Source of the DNA: a virus
Virus record (IMG/VR): IMGVR_UViG_3300035698_012408
Strand: one strand, 5' to 3'
Length of the DNA stretch: 64,000 nt
Position numbers and translations under genes: made by a program. This document shows positions 52,401 through 60,381 of this stretch, piece by piece. Every line of letters starts with the position of its first letter. Position 1 is the stretch's first letter. Below the pieces are notes generated by a model. That model worked only from the letters and a program-made list of their open reading frames with translations. It was not told where the DNA came from and did no database searches.

Positions 52401-52789
52401 ATCATGACCTTCGCTGGTCGCGGCCCGCCATTCATGTTCTGGGTCTGATCACCGATAAGGTGCCCCGGGACGAAGCTGGCGTGGGTAGGTACGCCGCGAA
52501 CATTGACCGGCATCATAAACTGTTCGTCATACAATGCCCGTCTGTAAAGGTAGTGCAGATTAGGCCCGTGCGATTCTACGGTTTTGACACTGCCGAGCTT
52601 TCCGTACTCCGGCATCGGGTCACCCATCGCACAAGCCATCCGCACGAAATCCTCTCCCGGCAAAGGCATGCCTGGAGCGTCAAGCGGATAGAACGGAAAC
52701 TGCTCGTCCACGTCAGGTGGCAGTACCGCGTTCGGATCACGGAGAATCTGAAACAGATCACCCGCGTGTGTGTTTAACCCGTTGTCCAT
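49448..52789 (-). CDS. polA: family A DNA polymerase with 3'-5' exonuclease and an N-terminal UDG-like domain
   Basis: IIAVDAEWHGE (Exo I), LIEADYTGAELAAIA (motif A), RVAAKNVNFGIPYGRS (motif B), LLQIHDALLFEV (motif C). N-terminal VMIIGKNPLRDEVEHQQNLVSPAAQIF ... WYCTNLVKF ... HPAAVHR aligns with family 4 UDG blocks. Confidence 0.92.
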   Translation of the reverse strand: MDNGLNTHAGDLFQILRDPNAVLPPDVDEQFPFYPLDAPGMPLPGEDFVRMACAMGDPMPEYGKLGSVKTVESHGPNLHYLYRRALYDEQFMMPVNVRGVPTHASFVPGHLIGDQTQNMNGGPRPAKVMIIGKNPLRDEVEHQQNLVSPAAQIFFDVLTELGVPQTESFDWYCTNLVKFMTLDVQADGLPIAHKKDCEILLQQELRLVRPDYILCLGSDASKWLLGTNYGVNAMVGRVEEYTFPTFERGEDPQYHTCKVMAATHPAAVHRRTELYPELLAQVALFLSLVNGAEIGGRETFIDHRVVSKYRELQNIVDEIIADPDPKRRIIAVDAEWHGENPGEPGAYLRTVQFSSSHGEGICVVLRHQGGSDAFKPSIGHAVSELNRLLQPDPATEYRPRVGGHFFRADLPWLIHEGIDVRKSYEAAPAVELCRAQGGFDTGLMYHAVNETASYRLTDMTVRLTQAPVYDAGLKKAIEGYCKQHSLKKEDLEGFGFLPEWVLHPGSRDPEWGENYAQYDADVTRRIAMAHLDDGGLLDSDWYDNSSWEPYWRNHLASLGVLEMEMTGIMLDRERVDELTSIFMDGRVRLLEDFRQQINWPTFNPESPKQCVAFLFGDEYAFKRDKATGQCIAIRPPDALSLGLTPIKSTGKRPRLWHDLVARGETHQYSPSTDKEVLGILGHHHPLAMQLRDLKFITQVLKMSLRPPLMTEDATAYVQDDDGNRVYGKGLAACVMTDGRVHTHISQNKETGRGSSARPPLQNISKRREGDYSRILGYRRKNKETGEMEAHGDYRRIFPQPLYKAPVRTIFRASPGHVLIEADYTGAELAAIAWLANDRNMIEHVRRNTLPENHPDHHDIHSNTAVRTFQLDCPATKRGLKESGHSPLRVAAKNVNFGIPYGRSAEAIARQCREEGVDVSVAECEQMIAFYFEQYPSVGAFLEACRHRSQNEQWMVGAFGRFRRFITSKERSVIAEQQRQAQNFPIQNTVADAVWQAIYNVQQFRIASPEVPFRMLLQIHDALLFEVPFEQVIPFAIDKTNATGEITRPSVIRETMVNRVPIWPRYLDNTPMPVKEPYFFGIDQDIQINWGEGISSAQAEREGMPEEVYAAISA
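51862..51875 (+). repeat. GGTACTTAGAAACC motif copy (f)
   Basis: Inside the polymerase gene (codons VVSKYR). The 18 nt are identical to copy (c). Confidence 0.8.
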
Positions 52790-52790
52790 A

Positions 52791-53846
52791 TTAACCGTCC
52801 CAGGGATTTTCTGTCATTATGGAATCTTCCGCATCGCAAGCATCCATAGCTTCACGGATGTTAGTGAGTACGTTCGTCTCGGTGTCGAAGTCGTCCAAGT
52901 AGTCAAGGACGTCCTGACGCCGCAGGTCGAATCGAGTCTGGGCATCCGGCCCGAGGTACTCTTCGATAGCCGTCGTGCATAACGCGCGAGCTAATGGCGG
53001 CTGCGTAACGAGAACATTCGCCTCACACTTGCGGGCACCAAAATCGCGGATGTACGTCTGCACGTACTCCGTCTCGTGGTGTCGGTGCGCTGGGCTGGAC
53101 AAGTCCTGCCCACCACCGGTGATCAGATTATCGATCCACGTAAACCCGTGCTCCTGAATGAACTCGTGATTCAAGCCGAAGCGTCGAATTGTCAAATTCG
53201 TAGGATCGTAACCGTCAGTACCATCCGCCCACTGCACGCCTTGGAGGTCGCGCAGGTTCTTACGGAGGAAGTTACTGATCTGTAGGCCGGCAGGGTCATG
53301 ATCACCGCAGTACAGCAAGACGCATTGCATCCCGCGGGCTTCGGCTTCCTTGAACCTGCGAGAATACTCCGCCCGCTGTAGCATACTCGACCAACCCTTA
53401 GAGTTAGCGATCGGGATATGGTACGTCTCGCACACGGGTGAGAACAACGTCACGAGGTCAATCTTCTCCACGACCATCTGAACGTAGACTTCCTCAGTCT
53501 TCCACCAGTCGACCGCGTACAGATCACCGGAGCGTCGAGCATGGTCAAGCCACACCTTCAGATCTGCAACAGGTGTACCAGTAGCTGGCGTCTCCACGCC
53601 AGAGAATTCACGGGACGCTTCCTCGGCCACGAAATCGATAGCCAGCATCCCGGAGCGGCGGCAACGATTGACCCACGTCTCGACCTTGTCGAACTGGTCC
53701 TTGTTGATCGCGCCGCTTTGCTCAAGTAGATAACACCAACCTCGGGAAGATACCCGGAAGCCGATCTGCTCAGACATCTCAGTGAGCAGCCCAGAAAAGT
53801 CCTGCAACCGCTGCTGCGTCATCGTCTGCGTAAAATCAAACGCCAT
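52791..53846 (-). CDS. Topo VI-A/Spo11-like protein (winged-helix Tyr plus Toprim)
   Basis: SSRGWCYLLE (candidate CAP tyrosine), VQMVVEKIDL (Toprim Glu), LLYCGDHDPAGLQI (DxDPxG). Confidence 0.55.
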   Translation of the reverse strand: MAFDFTQTMTQQRLQDFSGLLTEMSEQIGFRVSSRGWCYLLEQSGAINKDQFDKVETWVNRCRRSGMLAIDFVAEEASREFSGVETPATGTPVADLKVWLDHARRSGDLYAVDWWKTEEVYVQMVVEKIDLVTLFSPVCETYHIPIANSKGWSSMLQRAEYSRRFKEAEARGMQCVLLYCGDHDPAGLQISNFLRKNLRDLQGVQWADGTDGYDPTNLTIRRFGLNHEFIQEHGFTWIDNLITGGGQDLSSPAHRHHETEYVQTYIRDFGARKCEANVLVTQPPLARALCTTAIEEYLGPDAQTRFDLRRQDVLDYLDDFDTETNVLTNIREAMDACDAEDSIMTENPWDG

Positions 53847-53868
53847 CGTAATCTCCTGCTCCCCACAG

Positions 53869-54963
53869 TTAGCAAAGTGGAAGGGTTATTCCACAATCCC
53901 TCGCCCGACCGTGGATGATGTTAAGTAACGTCGTGCCGTCATAGTCGCCAGGATCGTAACCCGGCGGCAATTCCACTGGCACGATCGGATTGGTTCCCAT
54001 GTTGGCCAAGTCGTTCAACGCCGCTCTACTCTCTTCAACTGCCTCGGGATCGAGCAACAGCACAATTGGCTTGTGCTCCCACGTCGCCACCAGCATGTTG
54101 ATCTGATACTGTGTAATATGCTTTCCGAGCAACGCTATGGCCGTATCACCGACAGAGTGAACGTCAGTAGCGCCTTCGGTCACGACCACGTAAGGCTTAT
54201 CCTTGGCGTTGTCGTAATTATAAAGCATGAACCGCTTACGCATGCCCGGCAGTCCGTAATACTTTGGAGTCACGTGCCAGTTGGCTTCGCCGATGTATCG
54301 ACCCTGCCATCCGACCAGTTTACCGTGCATGAAGACCGGGAATATGATGCGATCCTGCGCCGTGGCCCAGCGTGAGTTAGACACCACCCGGCAATAGCAC
54401 ACCCGATAATGATCCAACACCGCCAGCGAATTCCGCCGGTCGTTGACCATGTACTGGTAAGCCTTGTGCGACGGGGGTAATGACGTAACCGGTGGGCAGT
54501 CGCCCGGCATCTCTACGATGTCCAGCGTCGGATCAACTGACACGCCCTCTCGGACGGCCATATCCGTTGCTTGGTCACGATGATGCTTGTTACGAAAACC
54601 CAGTATAGAATCACAAAACGTCTTCCACTTCACTTGATCAGACAAACAATCTTCGTTGTAGCAGCAGACGAGGAATCGCATGGAACGGCCGTTAGCGTCA
54701 GGCTGGCCAAACATGTGATTCACCCACAGCCGCTGGCGGGTATCGTTGCAAAATGGGCAGTTCACGCGATAATACTCGCCTGAGTGAACGACGAAAGTGT
54801 GATACTGTCCTCGCGAAGGATCAAACTGCGAAGAGCACACCATCGCCTCACCCTGATTTGCAACTACGATACCTCCTGGCATGTACTTATTCAACAGCCC
54901 ATAAAGGGTTGGACAAAGCGCTTGGCTTTGAGAACTCGCGGCAAATACCGGGTCAGTGCTCAT
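53869..54963 (-). CDS. DNA primase (zinc finger plus Toprim, T7 gp4-primase/DnaG-like)
   Basis: CPFCNDTRQRLW...CCYNEDC and VVVTEGATDVHSVGD. Confidence 0.75.
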   Translation of the reverse strand: MSTDPVFAASSQSQALCPTLYGLLNKYMPGGIVVANQGEAMVCSSQFDPSRGQYHTFVVHSGEYYRVNCPFCNDTRQRLWVNHMFGQPDANGRSMRFLVCCYNEDCLSDQVKWKTFCDSILGFRNKHHRDQATDMAVREGVSVDPTLDIVEMPGDCPPVTSLPPSHKAYQYMVNDRRNSLAVLDHYRVCYCRVVSNSRWATAQDRIIFPVFMHGKLVGWQGRYIGEANWHVTPKYYGLPGMRKRFMLYNYDNAKDKPYVVVTEGATDVHSVGDTAIALLGKHITQYQINMLVATWEHKPIVLLLDPEAVEESRAALNDLANMGTNPIVPVELPPGYDPGDYDGTTLLNIIHGRARDCGITLPLC

Positions 54964-56633
54964 GTGTCATACCTTGATCCTGCTGCCGGGTGTGCTAAAC
55001 CTGCCGGCCCTGCTTGCGACTGCCTATTTTCCACGACACCGACACCGCCGACCTCGCGAACTTCGTCAGCAGTAAGGAAACGACCTCCGGTCTCGTCGAC
55101 CGAGTATCTAGCCGTAACATCGTTCATCGTCGCAAACTGGTCGTCGATACGTAGCGTAACCGGTGGTAGCGCCTCATTCGCACGAAATCGCACCTTTGAG
55201 GGATTCAACCGCCGGCAACCCGTGAGCGGGTCGGGTGTGCCAAGACATAGGCACACGGCTAGATTATTTGCAAAGTCCTTGGACTCGCCAGCATCCGTGT
55301 GGTGCATCAGTTTATGCGGGCGAACCTTACCGGCGTCGCCGCGTAGCTGATGCAGTAACCAAGCAGTGCATTTGAATCGTTCCGCGATCTTCTGTCTCGA
55401 ATCGTCGGCAAATCGCTTCAACGCCCACCTGTAGTTAGACTCGTTCATGCCGTTGGCCTGCATGAAACGCTCACAAAGAATACCCGCGTAGTCAATGTAG
55501 ACAGACCTGATAGGCTGCTTCCGCTGTTCGCTCACGCGAGCAACTACAGATACCAGTTCGTCGACACCGCCGCTGCCGCAATTGGGGAAATCCTCTGAAC
55601 CAGATAGATCGACGATCTCCATGCTTCCGCCAAGCCACTCTCGACCCATCTCGTAACGATCACGTTCCGATAGGATCAATTCCTGGCCAGATTGCATCAC
55701 GCGTTCATACTCCGCGATGTTATCTTGCGTGGTCAACTGACTCCAGTCACTCATGCACTCCAGCTTGGTGCGGGGGATTTGTAAAGCGGCTGACCAGATG
55801 CGCGGCCGGACCTTGCGAGCTGACTCTTCTGCGGTCACGAATATCACGACGCCTCGCTCACGACCGCTGGCCTCTGCGTCATTCCATTCCTGCTTGGCAG
55901 ACATCACTGCCATGCCAATACCAAGCGTCGTCTTACCGCCGCCGGTCGGGCCTAGCAGCCCATTAGCGTCACCAACGCGGTCACCGCCCAGCAGATTGTC
56001 CAAGAAACTGACACCCGTGAGTCTAAACTCGTGGGGTACAAGCAGTTCCGTGCCAATCTCTGGCATTACCGGCAACACTGGGAGTTCGTTAATTGAGCTG
56101 GCACGATCAACTTGTACGTTCATCTGTGTCAGGAACTCACCAATATCGCTAGGGATACCAGCGGGCTGATTCACCACGCGCCGAAGTGGCGCTACAATCG
56201 TTCGTTCGTAAACAAAGCGTTGGAGCACCTGCCGACCGAGAGAGATGTTTCCATCATTCATCTCAGCAGATGGTTCCGCCACGCTGTCCAACATCCCGCC
56301 ATCGCCAAAAATAGCTCTCTGCTGCTCTGGGCCGAGCACCAAGTTCGGGTTACCACGCATTTGTTCGTGATACGAGAACTTCAAATTCTCCGGCGTAACC
56401 TGCCCGTGATGCAAAATCACGTCACATATAGCCAGATAAAGAATGCGAAGAGGCTCTTCATTAGGAAGAAAATGATGCGATCCGATTAAACGAGACGCAT
56501 CATCAAAAAGTTGGCGATCCGCGGCCAAGCATATCATCAACCACTCTACCGCTTGCGGTTCGAGTGGAAGCTGTGTTGGCTGCGGGCGTTGAGCTGTAAG
56601 CGCAGGGTCAAGGGATTCTCCTTGGAGCGACAT
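54960..56633 (-). CDS. DnaB-like replicative helicase
   Basis: GLLGPTGGGKTTLG (Walker A), SVYIDYAG (Walker B), RecA-like C-terminal domain, helical N-terminal domain. ATGA-type overlap with the primase gene. Confidence 0.85.
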   Translation of the reverse strand: MSLQGESLDPALTAQRPQPTQLPLEPQAVEWLMICLAADRQLFDDASRLIGSHHFLPNEEPLRILYLAICDVILHHGQVTPENLKFSYHEQMRGNPNLVLGPEQQRAIFGDGGMLDSVAEPSAEMNDGNISLGRQVLQRFVYERTIVAPLRRVVNQPAGIPSDIGEFLTQMNVQVDRASSINELPVLPVMPEIGTELLVPHEFRLTGVSFLDNLLGGDRVGDANGLLGPTGGGKTTLGIGMAVMSAKQEWNDAEASGRERGVVIFVTAEESARKVRPRIWSAALQIPRTKLECMSDWSQLTTQDNIAEYERVMQSGQELILSERDRYEMGREWLGGSMEIVDLSGSEDFPNCGSGGVDELVSVVARVSEQRKQPIRSVYIDYAGILCERFMQANGMNESNYRWALKRFADDSRQKIAERFKCTAWLLHQLRGDAGKVRPHKLMHHTDAGESKDFANNLAVCLCLGTPDPLTGCRRLNPSKVRFRANEALPPVTLRIDDQFATMNDVTARYSVDETGGRFLTADEVREVGGVGVVENRQSQAGPAGLAHPAAGSRYDT

Positions 56634-56662
56634 AGCGCAAGTCCTTTCCGTACATCACCTGA

Positions 56663-57391
56663 TCATGCACATCCCAATAGTGACCGTAATTTTCTAGCCT
56701 CGGTATGAAGAGTCGCCGGCACGACGTCTCCCCATTCCGCATCGTAGAGATCACACTGGAACACATACTGTAACAAAGCTGCGTCATGAAAGGAAGCCGA
56801 ATCTTCGACAAGTCCTTCCCGCAGCGACACTATGTAACGGTACAACGCGGATGCCGAAACACCGCGATCCCGTAACGCGTACTGATAAGCTGCCTGTCGT
56901 GACAGCTTCAACACTACTATCATAGGCTGGACACCATTGCGTATTGCATTCATGTCCGAGCACAATTGACGTCGCACAGCCGCTACGGCGTGCAATTTAT
57001 ATTCTTCCCACCGCTCTACCGCTGCATTGCTCATCAGATAGTTTGGTGCAGGCGCTTTCGCCCCTGGTATTCTATTACCGTGAAACTGTGCGCGAATGAA
57101 TTCCATAGGATCGGCCTTCATCGCCAGCAAAAACTGAGCCACCTTAGCCCACACTGACCGATGCTTCACGCCAAACTTATCTTCCCCGCCGTCCCAGGAC
57201 GCCATGTGCTTCTTCCCGTAACTATAGTTACCCGTGGCGTCTCGATGACACAACACATAGACTACCCGCACACGTTTTGCCATTCTTTCAAGCAACGCAT
57301 CTTCCGGCGGAGGAGGTAAATCCTCAACACATTCTACCGCTGGCGGGATCGGGGTATCCGGCCAGAGGTTAATTTCACGATGTTCACGCAT
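56663..57391 (-). CDS. hypothetical protein
   Basis: 242-aa ORF. Confidence 0.65.
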   Translation of the reverse strand: MREHREINLWPDTPIPPAVECVEDLPPPPEDALLERMAKRVRVVYVLCHRDATGNYSYGKKHMASWDGGEDKFGVKHRSVWAKVAQFLLAMKADPMEFIRAQFHGNRIPGAKAPAPNYLMSNAAVERWEEYKLHAVAAVRRQLCSDMNAIRNGVQPMIVVLKLSRQAAYQYALRDRGVSASALYRYIVSLREGLVEDSASFHDAALLQYVFQCDLYDAEWGDVVPATLHTEARKLRSLLGCA

Positions 57392-58889
57392 TGCTTATTT
57401 GCCTCTTCCCGGATAAGCCCTCCTGGGTCCAGCCGAGGTTCTTGTAATGCCGTTTACGCGTATCCGATTTGCGTTTCAACGCAGTATCAAACGCGTCATA
57501 ACAATCCATCAGCAGTCCGCACTCCTTACCCTCGCAAATACGGCTGACGCGTCCAGGTGCCTGCGTATCAAGAATCTCCGATTCCCTGGCATCTACACGA
57601 TACAACACCTCAAGCTGCGCGAAGTCCACACCCGTGGCCCATACGTCCGTGGCTATGACCTTCTTCAGCGTTCCGGCCTCAAACCCTTGCCGCAGGTGCT
57701 CTCGCCTATCTGCATCAGTGGGAATGAAGGTATTTGGTAGCATACCGTTTTTCCGGTAGCGAGCCAAGTCCTCTGGGTCAATACTACCATAACAAAGGTC
57801 GAATTCTGGCAACATATTCCACAGATGAATCGCATGATCCACTGTAGCACAAAGGATTAACACCTGTGTATTCGGATCTCCAAAATTTTCCCGAACATCG
57901 TTGGCGACTGTCTGATTCCTGAATTCGTTTCTCCACACACCCCACCGCATGCGGGGTACGCCACTTTTCCCGCTCGCGGGATTATGCTGCCCGCGAATCG
58001 GCAACCACCGCACGTGGATCGGGACAACCAGCCCCAACGCCACCGCTTCATCGTACGGAAGATGGAATATCTCGCGACCGAACAGCATCTCAAGCTGCGC
58101 GTGCGCTCCATCCATCCGGCCTTCAGGCGTAGCGGTAAATGCGAAATTCCTGGAGAATCTGTAAGCCCTGCCGAGTTCGTTCGCGGCTGCCCCTGTCATC
58201 AGCATGTGGGCCTCGTCTGCCAGCAAAATGTCGCAGTCGCCATCGGACCGGTGCAAGCTGCCGGCGGTAAAGACCGTAACACGGTCACCAATGAACGACT
58301 TGCCACCACCAACCTGTCCAACATTCGGAATAGTTCGAGACAACTGCCGCACGATACGTGCAGCCACGTCTTTTGGCCTTACCACGATATGTATCTTGGC
58401 TCGCGGGTACGCGTGGGCAATCGCCGCAAACATGTACGTTTTACCGAAACCGGTAGCGGCATTGATCAGCCCCAGTTCATTCTGCGCTATCAACTGAAGA
58501 CACTCTTCTTGCCGTGCCCGAAATTCAATATGCCTGCCAGCTGCTACCATGTCGAGTTCGTAACAGTCAGGTCGCGCCCGTGCCGGGCTCAGATCTAGGT
58601 ATTGCAGTACGTAACCGTGCTGCTGGAGCCGATGGGTTATCGAGGTGAGAAAACCGAAACCCGTCGTCAGCCGCCCTTCCTCGATCCCATACATATTGCG
58701 AGTCTCAATATCGATCGACCGAGCCTGTCCGTCCGGTCCATATCGTTGATGTCCCTGCAATATTGTCTTGTGATCGTAAGTAAGTAACGGCCGAAGCAAC
58801 TCTACAACTCGCATATCCAGCGGGCTGTGTCCGTCCGGGCTGATGTCAATCAGCGAGCCAGACCGTCGTACGAGTAAAGTTTGTGACAT
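57384..58889 (-). CDS. SF2 DEAH-box helicase
   Basis: AATGFGKTY (motif I), LLADEAHML (II), FTATP (III), TQAPGRVSR (VI). Confidence 0.85.
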   Translation of the reverse strand: MSQTLLVRRSGSLIDISPDGHSPLDMRVVELLRPLLTYDHKTILQGHQRYGPDGQARSIDIETRNMYGIEEGRLTTGFGFLTSITHRLQQHGYVLQYLDLSPARARPDCYELDMVAAGRHIEFRARQEECLQLIAQNELGLINAATGFGKTYMFAAIAHAYPRAKIHIVVRPKDVAARIVRQLSRTIPNVGQVGGGKSFIGDRVTVFTAGSLHRSDGDCDILLADEAHMLMTGAAANELGRAYRFSRNFAFTATPEGRMDGAHAQLEMLFGREIFHLPYDEAVALGLVVPIHVRWLPIRGQHNPASGKSGVPRMRWGVWRNEFRNQTVANDVRENFGDPNTQVLILCATVDHAIHLWNMLPEFDLCYGSIDPEDLARYRKNGMLPNTFIPTDADRREHLRQGFEAGTLKKVIATDVWATGVDFAQLEVLYRVDARESEILDTQAPGRVSRICEGKECGLLMDCYDAFDTALKRKSDTRKRHYKNLGWTQEGLSGKRQISNA

Positions 58890-58904
58890 ATCATCCCTTC
58901 GTAA

Positions 58905-59414
58905 TTACCAAGCCCGACCCTTTGGTTTAAGGCTTCTAACCGCTGGTCTAACCGACACCACCTCGAACGTCCCGTAGGTCTCCCGATCGTCCTGGAACGG
59001 TGAGATACCCTTGTAGGTACCAACCACCGAGAGCAGTTCAATGAAAGCATCCACGGACAATCCGTAAGGCAGCACGGCATTGACCCCTATCGTGTCGCCA
59101 GGACGAAATGCCTCGTGTAAGGCATATCGCTCACGGCCATTTTTGTCGTCGTTGGCTGCGACGACCACGCGACGCCACTTCCCAGTGCGTCCATCAATAA
59201 TTGGGTCCCATGCGATCTCCTGCACCAGTTGCTGATACCGATTGACCACCTTAGCGGCATAACGTAACCGCCGTCGCCACCACGACACCAAGAACATAAC
59301 ACGCCCGTTGTTGTCCCGCGGCATCCTGTAGATCACATTATTCCGTACTGTCTGCTGTCTAGCAAAACCCAAGCATTCGCGATTGAAACGAAGTCGGGCA
59401 GTAACCTCCTGCAT
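58905..59414 (-). CDS. hypothetical protein
   Basis: 169-aa ORF. Confidence 0.6.
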   Translation of the reverse strand: MQEVTARLRFNRECLGFARQQTVRNNVIYRMPRDNNGRVMFLVSWWRRRLRYAAKVVNRYQQLVQEIAWDPIIDGRTGKWRRVVVAANDDKNGRERYALHEAFRPGDTIGVNAVLPYGLSVDAFIELLSVVGTYKGISPFQDDRETYGTFEVVSVRPAVRSLKPKGRAW

Positions 59415-59454
59415 GGTATCCCTTCCGCACTGAACGGTTAAAAGCTACACGTGG

Positions 59455-60381
59455 TCAAGCGACTGCCCGGGCCTGTGCGTGCTTCTTGTACGCCGGAATC
59501 TCTGACCCCTTCAATAGGTTCTCCGGTAAAAACATGTCCCACTTCGCAGACGTGGCAGCCACAATTTGCTGCAACCACGTCCTGCCAAGGTAGGATATAA
59601 AAGCATGCGACGCCCGTAGGTCCCCCTGCCAGCCTCCGCCGGCATGCTGCCAGCGTCGCCACAGAAAATTACTTGGTCGCTCCATATCGCTGTCTGACGG
59701 ACGCCCTGCGCCCTGCCAGCAGCTACGAACTGTGTTACATAGCGTGTCCCGGTCAGTTACGACCGTGCCACGTGACACCCGTTGCATCGTCGACGGCGTC
59801 AGGCCTAAGGCCATTCGCAGTTTAGACAACCGCTCCGGGTGTTGCTGATCAACGTACCAGCGAGGGTCAAGGATGTAGGCGAGTAAACAAGCCACACGAT
59901 CACGATCGATTGTCGGAATAAATGACAAATCATGCCACGCTGGGTGTATTGCCAGCACCTCCCGCACGTGATCATCTACTTTCCCTGTCTTATGTAGGAT
60001 AGCGGCCATTGAGTAGGATGGATAGTCCACCGCGGTAACGCGGTGCCACCCACCCAAACTTGGTGGCAGTAAACACTGTCTCATGCGATAAAGCGCTACC
60101 TCCGGTTGATCCCGCTCCTGCTCCGTCTCACACACCAGTGGGCTGGCCACTTCAAGTATGCCATCTTTCCTCAATGCGCAATAACGCGGATACAGTGCCG
60201 CAATCAACGGAGCATTATTTCGAGTACCCAGCATGCGAATGCGGATACCCTGCCTTGCGTCCAGTCGGCCTACAAAATCCCTCTCTGCTGCCCGCGGCGT
60301 GTCCATGCCGTCGGCATACCACACAGCCCCATGAGGATCTGTGTGAAGTTTCAAAGTCGTAATTTCTGTCATCGTACTCAC
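59455..60381 (-). CDS. hypothetical protein
   Basis: 308-aa ORF, 4-nt overlap with the Rad50-like gene. Confidence 0.65.
   Translation of the reverse strand: MSTMTEITTLKLHTDPHGAVWYADGMDTPRAAERDFVGRLDARQGIRIRMLGTRNNAPLIAALYPRYCALRKDGILEVASPLVCETEQERDQPEVALYRMRQCLLPPSLGGWHRVTAVDYPSYSMAAILHKTGKVDDHVREVLAIHPAWHDLSFIPTIDRDRVACLLAYILDPRWYVDQQHPERLSKLRMALGLTPSTMQRVSRGTVVTDRDTLCNTVRSCWQGAGRPSDSDMERPSNFLWRRWQHAGGGWQGDLRASHAFISYLGRTWLQQIVAATSAKWDMFLPENLLKGSEIPAYKKHAQARAVA

Noticed and set aside
59455-60381. LKLHTDPHG resembling Mre11/SbcD motif I (DxH) in the gene downstream of the Rad50-like ATPase
   Set aside because: No following GDxxD, GNHD or GHxH motifs could be found in the 308-aa product. A single tripeptide match is not evidence.
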